Shown here in pieces: positions 14,896 to 28,085 of a stretch of 64,000 bases of DNA. The position numbers and the translations under genes are program-made. The stretch's first letter is position 1; the number at the start of each line of letters is the position of its first letter. The DNA is from Perna viridis (taxonomy: Eukaryota): contig CM074524.1 in NCBI GenBank assembly GCA_037379345.1, positions 11,648,885-11,712,884 on the forward strand, in the 5' to 3' direction. The notes under the pieces are model-generated. The model was not told the origin of the DNA and did no database searches. It saw only the letters and a list, made by a program, of their open reading frames with translations.

Positions 14896-15770
14896 AATTA
14901 TGAACACGTAATAGACAGTATGGGACAAGGAATTATGAACACGTATTAGACGGTATGGTACAAGGAATTATGAACACGTAATAGACAGTATGGGACAAGG
15001 AATTATGAACACGTATTAGACAGTATGGGACAAGGAATTATGAACACGTATTAGGCAGTATGGGACAAGGAATTATGAACACGTATTAGACAGTATGGTA
15101 CAAGGAATTATGAACACGTGTTAGACAGTATGGGACAAGGCATTATGAACACGTAATAGACAGTATGGTACAAGGAATTATGAACACGTAATAGACAGTA
15201 TGGGACAAGGAATTATGAACACGTAATAGACAGTATGGGACAAGGAATTATGAACACGTATTAGACGGTATGGTACAAGGAATTATGAACACGTATTAGA
15301 CAGTATGGGACAAGGAATTATGAACATGTATTAGGCAGTATGGGACAAGGAATTATGAACACGTATTAGACAGTATGGTACAAGGAATTATGAACACGTG
15401 TTAGACAGTATGGGACAAGGCATTATGAACACGTAATAGACAGTATGGTACAAGGAATTATGAACACGTAATAGACAGTATGGGACAAGGAATTATGAAC
15501 ACGTAATAGACAGTATGGGACAAGGAATTATGAACACGTGTTAGGCAGTATGGGACAAGGAATTATGAACATGTGTTAGACAGTATGGGACAAGGCATTA
15601 TGAACACGTAATAGACGGTATGGTACAAGGAATTATGAACACGTGTTAGACAGTATGGGACAAGGAATTATGAACACGTAATAAACAGTATGGTACAAGG
15701 AATTATGAACACGTAATAGACAGTATGGGACAAGGAATTATGAACACGTATTAGAAAGTTTGGGACAATG
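14896..15770. repeat. Minisatellite, 25 x 35 bp, with degenerate units continuing to ~15915
   Basis: Unit aattatgaacacgtattagacagtatgggacaagg, directly abutting the 81-bp array. Confidence 0.97.
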
Positions 15771-16637
15771 AACAATATGAATACGTATTAGTCAGGTTAA
15801 ACTATACTGTATAGTTGAGAGTATGGGACAAGGAAATATGAACACGTGTTAGACAGAATCAACTATACTTATACACGTATTTACAGTTTCCACTGTACTA
15901 TGAGACAAAGAATTGAGAAAGTTGAACTTCATAGATCGATACAGTCATATAAAATATTAACACTTCAAACAGTAAAATTATCAGTTATACATTATGTAAT
16001 ATCACATATTTCTGTTGTACGAAATGTTTAAAGCCCCAGTCATTTGATTTTATTGAGTCTAGGATAAAATTTGAAATAATAGTATAAGGACTCGTGTTCA
16101 TGGTGACAATATATACAGTACATCTGGTAGCCTGCTGGCATGCTTGGGTTCAGACTTGTAATGCAGACATATCTTTGGAATCCATGGTACGGTTAATCTT
16201 GTCCTTTTCGGACCGATAGACTGAGGCTCTTAAGGACAAAGAATATTACGATGACATAATTCAGAGAAATTTTACGTAAAAATAGAGAGGCCTGGAGCAA
16301 AAGGTGAAAAGTCCGATTTGAATTGAATTACAGCAAAGTAAGTCAATAGATGAAAAATTTCATCACACTGCTAAGTTGCGGGTCGAGAAATTTATAAAAG
16401 GGGGGGGTTGCAGTCCAGAAAAGTAATGAAAGAAGTTTGGGTCCAGGCTATCATCTGCTCGTTTTTTGCCAAAATTGTGCACAAATTTAATCAACAAACT
16501 TTTCCAACACAAGGAAGATTCCACCCCCACCCCCCTTTGATCAATCACCTTTGCCCCCTTTTGATACGATATAATAGTTGCACTTTAAAAAGATGGAATT
16601 ATTGGGTTGTAACTTTAACTTAACATTAAATCAAATA

Positions 16638-16833
16638 CAGTAAACCTGTCTAAACCGAACCATTATAAACCGAAAACCTATCAAAACCAAACCATTGATA
16701 AACCGAAAACCTGTCAAAACCGAAGTCCATTCGTATTAATATAAATACACCTTAACCCGAATAAACCAAACATCTGTCTTAACCAAACAAATTCTACGGT
16801 CCAGAGGGGGTTTGATTTATACAGGTTTTTATG
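16638..16833. mobile_element. TA-flanked MITE with CAGT termini (Tc1/mariner-pogo-like), family C
   Basis: ta|CAGTAAACCTGTCTAAACCG ... TTTATACAGGTTTTTATG|ta, with internal taaaccgaaaacct repeats. Confidence 0.6.
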
Positions 16834-19800
16834 TATTATCTTCACATTCAATACAATTACATGTCAATTTGTGTTTTCAATGTACAAACGTGCGTCCAAA
16901 TCAAAGTTGTTTACAACAGACATATGTCAAAATATGTAATTTCAACCAGCTTTAGGATGAAGTGTTCATTTTATAGTTTCTATAGATATGCCATGAAGTA
17001 AATGAATACTTTATCTTAAGATTAGAGAGTCCATTGCATGTCACTTAGTTAATGAAGTCCCTAACAATAGCACGGGATTCAAACGCAAACATATGGCTTA
17101 ATTGGTTGGAAAATAGTGACATGTGATTTTGCATTTATTTGAGAATTTTGTTCAATATAAAGTATTATTACTGATTATAAAAATCAAACAGTCATTCTTA
17201 GGAAAGTAATTTAGTGCATGTGTGTCTTGTCGCGGTATGTCATAACTACAAAATAAACTCATATTACTAAACTCCTGTTTCCAAAAATACACATGTAAAT
17301 TCACCGTTATTTAATCGATCTGTCTGGATTTTCTTCTTTTTTTTTCTAAATATACAGATGGCCTTTTCAGAAGCTTTGAGATTTTGTGAAAATTCGCAAT
17401 ACATTGCCATTAGACGGAATTCAAGATAAGCACATAAATCCTCGTGCAATCAATATTTCTTGCGCACGCACCTTATCTCAAGGGCGATAACCCCTCAAAG
17501 ATAATAAATAAAAATGGCGAAAAAGCATGTTCCGGTGGCGTTTTGTTAGATAAAAGAAAGATAAAACCTCAATAAATTACAATTAAACCGTTTCTTAATC
17601 GCATGTGCTTGAGAGCCGGGCATATCTCGATCCATATATATTTTTCTCATACTGTTTATTTTAGATGCCATGTTTTATCAAATTATATAGTTTTATTTGA
17701 ACAACTAACCTGGTAACAAAAGACAGACCCGTTGTGCCATAGACCATATGGTAGTATTCAGTCTGTTGAAAATGATAAAAGGTTGGCCAAGTACTGCTTG
17801 TCTCGAAATAGAACAGTTTTGGGATATGGGTAGAGGTGGGTAAATATTTTAAGACTTCAATGTCTCCCCAAATAAAAGCGGGGAATTGAAACTAATAAGG
17901 GTTTCCATTTTGCAAATAAAATTTAGTGCGTCACATATTTGCGAAGTTTGTGGCAATAAAGTGAATCCCTTAGTTTTGGAATAACAAAAAAAATCAAATA
18001 TTAGCGGGAAACGAATGCGCGATCTGTTGTTGTGTAACAGATTTAAGATGTCATAATACAAAATCAATAAGATATACAGGGACTCAGTTTCATAAAACAC
18101 ACAAAAGAAATATACAAATGTAACAGACAGACGTACGTACACCGCGTGCTATAATGACTCGGTCGATGACATATCTCGAAAGAGTGATCAAATCATGATT
18201 CCAGTTTGCCATATTGTATTTTATCATTAGAAGTCCATTCTAGAAGTGACCCTGTTTTAAGTTAATGCTCTTAGACAAGCATAATTTTGCCTGGAACAAT
18301 AGAAATGGAAACGGTTCTCTATTTCAAGCACGTTGAAACACTCTGTACGCAGTAATACATCTATTATTGTAATAGTGAAAGTTTTTTTGTAAAAGAGGCA
18401 GGTGCAACTCATATAAGTTTCGGTCCAATGATAGAACGGGCCGGCTGTTGAAATGTACTGGGACACCAAAAATCATTCAAACAGTCTCTCAACAGTTTTA
18501 CAATGCATTGTCACGTACATACACAAAATACATTTATCAGTATATTAATTAGAAAAACTATTTTTAATACTCTTAGTACTTTAAGCTCAATTTAAAAACT
18601 ACTTATTGGTGAAGTCTCTTCCTTTACGGCGTAATCCTGTTGATAATTGTTTTGAATTTCTAAAATTACTTTTAGCACGGGCTTGCTCCAGGATGTGGAT
18701 CGCCTTTTATTTAGACATAATGCATAAATTCATGTTAAGTCGAATATACTCTTTTTATTCAAAGTAATAGAAATATGTTCCTATGACTACATGTACCATA
18801 AATCAGAAACGATGATTTTTTTTTCTCAAATTTCGTAGTGACAACTGTAGCCATTGAGAAAAAAGGTTAAGTAATTATACAAAGTTATACATTAGTTCTA
18901 CTGTATAGAAAATTTTGCCAATAATTACAGGATTTTATGCCTTTTCCTAAAATTCAATATTTATTTATCTATTTTGCCAATTCGCAACGTAACCATTTAG
19001 TCTTTTTTTTTTTTTTTTTTTTTGTTCCAATATTCATAGACCAATTAAGTTTATATATTTTATACATAAAATATTAATCAACTGATGTATTATGTATCTA
19101 TGTATTTGTTACAATGCATTCTTAATTTATCTACTTTTCTACATACAAATTTATTATGATTATAGTCAACATCCTGTCTAGGAAATGCCGCTCCCGTAAA
19201 CAAATAAAATAATAATTGGCGTGATAATTGAAATCATGATCGTCAGTGGGAGGGCCTGCTAAGCGGTCATATTTAATAAACATATTATATGCCACATGCG
19301 GACCCCGGGGGTAAAACTAATTCCCCTATCCCTTGTCATAAATTCTAAAAGTATACACAATGTATCTATGCAAATAAGATTACGCCAATAAGCACGTGCC
19401 AGAAAACAAACGGATGTTAGATGGTCGTCTGCTGTGGACAACTGGTTCCAATTAACAGAGTTGTCTTGTCTGTTTATTGAGCCGTCGCACTGTTTTGACA
19501 CGCCTTAATGAGTTTTGTCAGCATTAATAAGAGGGTTTAGTATGTGCTGTAAATATTTCTTGCATCGTGAACTAAATCAAAGCCACATTTACCACTATTC
19601 TCGCTTGTAAATTTTCATAGTACGAAATTCTGTTTATGCATTTTGGTAAAATACGAAACTTTTTATCTTTATTAAGAATTTGGTAAAATCGTTTTCAATT
19701 TTACTTAGACTTCATCATAAAAGGAATACTACCTTGAAACTTAACTTATAAGATTCGAAAGTAATAAATAATGAAAATATGGATTGTTTGAAATGAAAAT

Positions 19801-21290
19801 AAGCATTTTGAGTTGTATCATTGCTAAATGAATATTTAATGTTCTAACGTGTTTACCACTGAAGAACTATGATATTAAAGGATTGGGTTTAAACATCCAG
19901 ACAAAACATTAGCCATGACGAAATAAGAGTAGAAGAAGTAATGTTATTATGGTCTAAAAATGCTTCGAAAAAGGGGGTGTTTCCATGGAAATGGTTTTAT
20001 ATCCTGGGATCCGTACATGTGACCATAGATTTGTAATTAATAACAGGTCTGTGATATTTCTATGATATTTACAGTCGAGTCTACATAAAAACAGACAAAC
20101 CAAGATACTTTTACGAGTAATAAAGAAATCTTCATTGTTTTTTGAATTTTGATCAAATTTAAGTATGAGCTAATTTGGAAAGACGCTTTATCAAGATCCT
20201 TTCAAAAGGAGGGGTGTCAGTCAAAGTTCCTCAGAAAAGGGGAAGGTGGCTAGGACATCACTTGCCACATTTGTCAATTTTGGCACATGCAAATGACAAG
20301 CCCTTGCACCCTCTCTGGATCGGCTACTGTACGATAATAAAGAATGAAAACCATGTAAAAAGTTTAAAAGACACACACTGCACAGTGAAACAGCTTTCTT
20401 CAAAGACGTCTGAATTTTGAAGCCGAAAACAACTATGAGATTTAGACATATGTAAAATGGATGTTGACAGAATAGGGGGAGTGTAAACGTGATCTGGTAA
20501 TGTCTTTATACCAAACATTAAAATTTATGAAAGAAGTCTTGATATAATGAAAAAGAACCTAAACAGAGATGAATAAACAAACATATACTGTGAACAAAAA
20601 CTCCACAAATAAATGAAAGTTTAATTTTGTCGGCGAGCGGTCTTTTTAATTTATTTGTTCCCCGCAATAAAAGCAAATATTAAACATTTTAACATTTTTC
20701 TATAATTCTCATAATATGGGTCAGGCTTTTCAATAGACTGTGTGTCACTTTAGTACATTTATTTTCTATTCAAATCGTTTGACGTCTTTTCAAAAGTCTC
20801 TGCCGTGAGAAGGTGGACTCCTGTGTATGTTTGTATAGAACAATAGTGCTAAAAGTTTTTAGTTTAAACATGTGGTCGGTTGTTTGAATATTTCCATGTA
20901 AAAATTTACACAAATTTACATGCAGTGCAATAATATTGTTATTCGCTAATCGTCCATTGTAACTGTGTGTTATTCACCTTTGAAATATCAATGTTATTTT
21001 ATTTTAAGAGAAATAAATTTGCCTTGTTTTTACACCAGGGATCATATTGGATGCCCTATGGATATGGATATGGCTTTATTCGGCTGCACTTCATCAAAAG
21101 GCTGTTATTTTTATATCAAGCAGAGATATCTGTACACCTACAATCAGGATCCCTTGAATTCAAAAATGGACGCACAAATCTGGCAACCTCAGGAATAGAA
21201 CTCCCAGTTGCTGATCTAGCCATTCCGAAAGGGCATATACTATAGCACAAATTGGCTTAAGATGGCCCCGCTCCAGTTCCAATTGGTGGT

Positions 21291-21738
21291 TTTTACGGTC
21301 TTGACTATCCTTACGGATCTCGACCGCCCCTTACGGGGATTGTGTTAGTAGGTGTCTGTTAGTAGTTGGAAGTAGCAAAGCCCAGCCTTCGGGATACCTG
21401 ACCAGAGAACTCAGTCAGAGTATGTTCTACTAGCGGCGGGACTGCTCTGTTGACGTTCGGGCCTACTCCCAGACCCCACGTGGGTCCGAGAGCCTTTCCC
21501 TACTCGAACTATTTGGGGTTACGTCAACGTGTAGAGTGTGCCCGTTCCAGTGATATTCAGTAAAGTTTTATAATCAAGAAAAAAATACCCCTCCCCTATT
21601 ATTAAATCCGCATATGACTACAATGTCATAATGCTGTCAATTAAATAGAGTTGGTCTTCTATTAACTGTTGTGCACAGATACTAACAGAATCCCCGTGCG
21701 ACCCGAAAGTGTAGTCAAGGGTAGTCAAGATCGTAAAA
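21291..21738. repeat. Foldback / long imperfect inverted-repeat element with GC-rich structured core
   Basis: 21291-21312 pairs with 21717-21738 (20/22); 21333-21350 pairs with 21680-21697 (17/18); inner stems are also present. Confidence 0.75.
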
Positions 21739-21954
21739 AAAACAAATATGACTTTTACTCATTGCTTCGAGCACTTCCACAGAGTATTTTGAGTTATACA
21801 TTATGCATGGGCGATGAATCTGCCTCCTTAGGTTCAGTAATCTTCTAAGGAATCTTTACTACATAATATTTGTGTCTTGTATCTGGGACTGTATTGTATT
21901 GTTACATCATTATATAATGAAAACAACAGATACTTTGTTAATTGTTTGCCGTCT

Positions 21955-22605
21955 AAAACTGTATCAGTCCGGGAGTCTTTGTCGATCATAAGTCCTTTAA
22001 GACTGTATCAGTCTAGGAGTCTTGTCGACCATTAGCCCTTTAAGACTGTATCAGTCTGAGAATCTATGGTGATCATTAGCACTTTAAGACTACGTCAGGC
22101 TGTGAGTCTTTGTCGATCATTAACCAATTAACTCTTTAAGACGATATCCGTCGGAGAATCGTTGGTGATCATTAGCCCTTCAGGACTAATTAAGCCTGTG
22201 AATCATATCCTTTTAAGGACTACGTTAGTCTAAGTCTTTGGTGTCACTAAACATTTAAGACTGTGTCAGTCTGTAAATAATCATTAACCCCCTTAGGACT
22301 GTATCAGTCAGTTCAGTGATCAATATAGCCCTTTAAGACTGTATCTGGTAATCATTAGCCCTATAAGACAACAACAATCTGAGAATCATTCCACGGTGAA
22401 CAAAGGCTGTATTAGTCTGAAAGTCAAGACTACATCAGAATCTTTGGTTATTACTAATTCCATTAAGACTGCATCAGTCTGAATATCTTTGGTGATCATT
22501 AGCCCGTTATGACTGTTTCAGTCTGAGAACCGTTGGTGATGGCCATTTGAAATACTCTGTTTTAAGACTGCATCAGTTTGCGATTATTTGGAAGTCATAT
22601 ACCCT
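21955..22605. repeat. Degenerate minisatellite, ~44-bp unit
   Basis: Consensus approximately taagactgtatcagtctgagaatctttggtgatcattagccctt; about 14-15 full or truncated units. Confidence 0.85.
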
Positions 22606-23626
22606 TAAACACATGATCGTAAATGGTCTTCCAAAGGCAATGCTTTTTATAACATGCAATTTAAAATCTACCTTTTTTTATATTTCTCATATATACCTTC
22701 AGCTCTACTAAGATTAGATCTGCATGTGAACTGGTTTTGAGCATGAAGTATATCTTGAATGTCCTATGCTGGACAATATTGCATAATCAGAGTGACTATA
22801 ATTTTTCTTGTTCTTAAAAGTTAAATTCCTAATCTAATTTTGAACTGAGTGTTTTCTTTGTACTGACTGTAAAACCATTGCTATTGAGAGAAATGTTTCC
22901 ATGATATTGGCAACAGCCCTGTTAAATACAGTAAATTTTATAAGTACAATATTTAATATAGAGTTAATTCTAATAATAATACATGTATACATTTTATAAT
23001 TTTATTGACATACAATTTATTTTCTCATTGATTTAAATCACGCAAAATTTACATGTAAGAGTACAATACGCAGTCACTACAACTTCTCGACCACTTAATG
23101 TTATCCATTTTTAGCCTCCTTATTTGGTGACATATATTTGTATATGTATATCAGTTGACCCCTTACAAAACTGCTCTTTTCACCTGACCCCCTTGCTGAA
23201 TCCTCTTACAGTCCCCCCTTTTTTAAATTTTCTTATGTATATATCAATTGACCGCATGCAAAACATCTCTTTTTATTGCACTAGAGGATAAATTAACTGT
23301 CAAGGCAACCTGAATTCCTCTACTATCTCCCTTAAAGAATTTTGCTGTCACTAAAAATAAGGTTTTCATTTTATTCATCTTGCATATTTTATACACTATC
23401 ATGAAGAGATCAGAATTTTTTCAATGAATACCACAAATCTGATTCTCGTTGCATAGAAATTACCCCTCCCCCTTTTTTCTGAGTATCATAGAACAATACA
23501 TTTATAATCTATCTTTATGATTTTTTATTATTTTATAAATTATTTTATCATTATCAATCATGGACCTGGTGGCAATTTAATTTAATTCAGGCTCTAAATA
23601 TATTACTATTATTACCATTATCATTA

Positions 23627-23871
23627 GGGAACAACCATTGATTCTGAGGGCCCGGGATAGCAAATTGTGTGGGGGTCAGTTTTTTTATGAAATTTTGCAG
23701 GTTAGAAAATTTATTTTCAACCACGTCGGGGTAAGATTTTTTATTTCCATTTCAATGCATGATGTATGTGGACAAGAGTCAGAAATTGTATTTATTTTCT
23801 ATGAGGTGTAGACCAGAATATTTATTTCCAAAAATTGTCATGTCCAATCACAGAATCAAATGGTCTTACCC
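23627..23871. mobile_element. PIF/Harbinger-like MITE
   Basis: tta|GGGAACAACCATTGATTCTG ... CAGAATCAAATGGTCTTACCC|tta; TTA TSD and GGG/CCC termini. Confidence 0.65.
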
Positions 23872-26259
23872 TTATTTCATGTTATTTTTGTGGCTACACG
23901 AATCGCAATACATGTGCACACACTGAGTAATATGATGAACAATTCATTCGTAGCTCTTCATTTGATGTGTTTTTTCTTGTTTACGACATGACAACATGTA
24001 GACCATAGAAAATTAATATCTACTGCACACGAACATTACACGTTATAGTACTTTTATAGCATCTATTAATTCTACATATTTCCGTTGCAGTGTGTTATTC
24101 TGTAGAAATTTATATTCATAATTCATACCCTTATTATTTTATATAATGAATTATGATTTTTATTCAAATAAACTGTTCATACTCTAGTAAACACTGTGAT
24201 GTAAGCTATTGAAATTCTGCATAAATGTGCATTTACAATCAAACTTAATTTCATATTCAATTAATTGAAAATTTTATTGAATTATTTGTTGCTTAACCTT
24301 CTGACTTAGCCAACATTGCAAGACTCCCAAAAACTTCTTGTGGTCTAAAGTACACACTGTTAACAAATTAGTCGTACCGTTCTTTTGGTTGTCAATCACC
24401 CGTTAACAATTAACAGTTAATTAACAAATCATGTTTGTTGTAAATTTGTATGTATGTCAAATTGTGACATGTTAAATTGATCCCGGTAAACCCATTAAAA
24501 TCAGGGATAATATTTCTAACAGTGCGAAATAAAAATAATTATATTTGTATTGTAAAAAACGAGAAGCTAAATTAATTTATTTTGACTATAAATTCAATAA
24601 TCGCCAAAATGCCAATTCTAAAATGTGTGATAAAATATTTATTTGTTTATTGATTTTAAAGGTCATAATTTAAAGCCCATTCGTTCACCATGATAGAAGC
24701 TGCGTGAAATCTAATATTATTTTAATTATATTTAATTTAGAAGTGAATCCTTCTGAAATCAGCGCATCGTCTAATAAAATCTTGAGCAACTTGGAACAAC
24801 GAAAAGCACACAGATTGATATTTACCTTAACTTAACTAAATGAGACAGTCGTATTGATATTCCGAATCTTCTCTTGAACTGGTTACTGCATTCAAACCCT
24901 TTAAAAATATTGTTTACCTTTAACCAATTCCAGAAAAATATTTAAGTATAATTTTCAGGGTTTGACATACCGTTGCACATGAGATATAACGTTTCAATTT
25001 ATTTCGGGATACAACCATTTTTTTTTTTTTTTAAAAAAGTGTGTAATATTGTAAAGGATTTATATTAATTTTTGACGGTTTTTATTATATTTTTTGATAC
25101 TTGATATTCTTTGTTTAATATTTTTTATTGCTTGCAGTTCTTGCACCCCTTTGTTCTGCTTATAGGTGTCGCAAGTTTTTTTCTTTGAGGCACACAATTG
25201 AAACTACACGGCCTTTCTAACAACACACACACAAACAACAAAACACACAAAATATCAGCCAGTGACGTTTAGTACAAAGCAAGGCAGTGACATAAATAAT
25301 TTTAGCTTTATTCAAAACGTGTGGCTAGGTAAAATTCTATGCAAAAAATGAGAAATCCCGATCTAAGAAGGACACTTCAAAAACACACGAACAACACTCA
25401 AAAACAGGAAGAAACACCACGAGGAGAACACACAACAGGAATAATTTATTTAAAGAAAAAATGTCTTTATTCAACGTCTAAAATATAGGAGAGAAAAAAA
25501 GGAAGAAAAAGGTTAGTGAAATTCTTAAAATAAGAACGTATATACTAAAAAGAAAATCACAGCAAAATCAAAGTCACTCCACATCTCACCTTAACATAGA
25601 TTTATCCCATTGTAAAAAGTAAAAGAAAAAACGAAAAAATGATAAAGAAATAATCCAGAAAAGAACAAGATCCAAACTTCGCTGGGGAGCCATTTTGTTC
25701 AACGCTAGAGACATCCCGAATGACGCTGTTGTCGGTTTCCATGCAGTGTCAATCAACTAATTAGCATAAAAAGAATTATGCAAATGAGACATCACACAAT
25801 ACCAATTATTTTTGTCGTTTAATTCCAGAATTTTTATCGGTTTTAAAAGACAACATTTTACATCGATAAACTTTTATATTCTGCCAATTTGGTTACTGTA
25901 GAAATTTAAATTTCTACTCTTTAAAAAGAAAGGTAAATAGCGATATAATTATTTAGATTGATTTTGACAGACTTAATCCAATATTTTGATAGATTTGGAG
26001 ACAGGCCAAAACGTGTTTAATTCATTACCAAAAACACAGGTAGATTTTTAGATTTTTTAATTTTCTGACGGGACAATAAATATATGTTTTATTTTATTGT
26101 CCTCGCTAGATACGGTTAGTTATTGTAAAATCGGCTCGAGTTTCAAAAAGAATATAAATTTCAACTGCATAATAAAACTTTAAATCCTCTAAATGAAAAA
26201 ATATGAAGCGTGAAAAATCTGATAATAAATAAATTCAATATCCTAAAACTTTGGGGAGG

Positions 26260-26340
26260 TAGAAGTAGGCGGAGCGTAAAACCACGTGCTAATCAAATGT
26301 AGAATGGGTGGAGCTTATGATATCATAAAGTCCCACTGCA
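26260..26340 (+). promoter_or_regulatory. Putative core promoter of the RBM24/38 gene
   Basis: GC/GT boxes AGGCGGAGC (26267) and GGGTGGAGC (26306), E-box CACGTG (26283) and TATA-like CATAAA (26324) cluster 250-320 bp upstream of the ATG in otherwise AT-rich DNA. Confidence 0.5.
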
Positions 26341-26580
26341 AGTTCTATTATTCTGTTGAATAGTTTAGTGCGAGAATGAATGCATTATAAGCTAACAAAA
26401 ACATAAGTTGAACAACACTTGAAAAAACTAGTCGCACAATTGCATTCGGGATTTGGATACTCCTAAAGAACGCAGGGCTTACTTGGATTTGTTAATTGTT
26501 ATATTAGTGATTTTAATTTATTGTTGTTATAGTTTTCTCTTCTTGTTACGTGTTTATTTATTTAATTTTAAATCAAAATA

Positions 26581-26754
26581 ATGGCTGCTACAATTACTCA
26601 AAAGGACACTACACTTACAAAAATTTTCGTCGGTGGACTTCCATACCATACGACAGACAAGTCTTTACGCGAGTTTTTTGATAAATTTGGAGACATTGAG
26701 GAAGCAGTCGTGATAACAGACCGACAGACAGGAAAAAGTCGGGGCTATGGATTC
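26581..26754 (+). CDS. RBM24: RNA-binding protein 24/38-like, coding exon 1 (N-terminal RRM)
   Basis: [58 protein letters not shown]: RNP2 (IFVGGL) and RNP1 (RGYGF-V) in the characteristic RBM24/38/SUP-12 sequence; donor TTC|gtaagt, phase 0. Confidence 0.96.
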
Positions 26755-27946
26755 GTAAGTAAAGTTTTATAATATTTTAAAAAAAGCAAACTATCAGAAT
26801 TTCTACAGTTTTAAGTAGACGTTTTACACGTGCCTGTAGATAAGAAAATATTGAATATACATTATTCTTTGCTATGTTATTTGTAATATTATATAAATGT
26901 GCCCATGGTAAAATGTCTGAACTATTCTGGCAGAATTTAGATCACCCTTAACGTTCAAATGTCCTCAAAATTGTAATTATTGTTCAGGGACATCGGGATC
27001 ATGTTGGTTGTACTAGAGTACCCGTCCTAGCTGTATGCGATGACAGTTGACAATTAAATACCGACGTAAAATTTTAACCTAAGTATCACAACAACGAACC
27101 TTCTTTCGGTATCTGCTCATCAAGTGAATTTAGACAAATAAATTTTATTTTTTATGTCTAATAAACACCTTATTACAGCCGATCTTACATCCAGATAAGA
27201 TAAACTCCTGATGATTTATGATCGAAAAGATTTAAAAGTCTTTCTGAATTTTATGGTCTTTTAAATGCGGATATACACATATACCCGTATCGGTTAAAAA
27301 GTTTAAATGGCGAAGAAATCTTTTAAAGTTGAATCAGGACATGGAATAGGGGCAAGATATTTCATTTACTGTTAGAAAAATAATGTTTTTGTTATCCATT
27401 GTGAAATACGGAACGTTAGGCCTTCCACACCGTCACGGTAGAAAATTAAACTTTGTGTTAACACGGGTAGCAATACGTTTTTCTGAATACCCTTTGATTT
27501 TTTGCTTTGTAATATATTAAAGATGTTTTGATAACTTATTTTACAAAAAGGTTTAGTATGACTAACGTACCTTTTATAAAGAGCCTTGGGTTTTGTGTTT
27601 TGGCCTTCTTGTTCAATCAGTGTGAACTGTACGCTTTGCACACCCATTTTTGTACCTCGAATATTACCAGTCGACAACTTTTGTTGAACTCAGATTTGGA
27701 GTGGACGAAAGGTTAAATATTGTACAGTATACAATGAGCGAACGACATGAATTGCAATAGTGGGCTTGTAAATAAAGATCAAGTACAAACCAATTTCTTG
27801 TGTGAAAATTCGAAAACAAACCAATTTAAATACAGCATCTCCTTCCGTCCTATCGTCACCTATTTCACTAATGATACCCAGCCTTGTAACCCAAACTAGA
27901 GTCAAATGCAATACACATCACGATGAAACTTTCTTGTCTTTTCTAG

Positions 27947-28085
27947 GTTACAATGTCTAACAAAGAGGGTGCGGAGAGGGCATGCAAAGAACCAAATCCA
28001 ATTATAGATGGTAGAAAAGCTAACGTGAACCTAGCCTATTTGGGTGCAAAACCACGAGGTATAGCAACGGGTCTTTCTCTTTCTG
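27947..28085 (+). CDS. RBM24: RBM24/38-like coding exon 2 (C-terminal RRM)
   Basis: Acceptor ttcttgtcttttctag|GTT; [46 protein letters not shown]; donor G|gtaaat, phase 1. The 3' boundary is slightly uncertain. Confidence 0.92.

Noticed and set aside
13762-15770. CRISPR-like regular array and the 84-aa repetitive ORF at 14657
   Set aside because: No unique spacers and no cas genes in a eukaryotic context; the ORF is a chance reading of 81-bp units, and neighbouring units carry stops.
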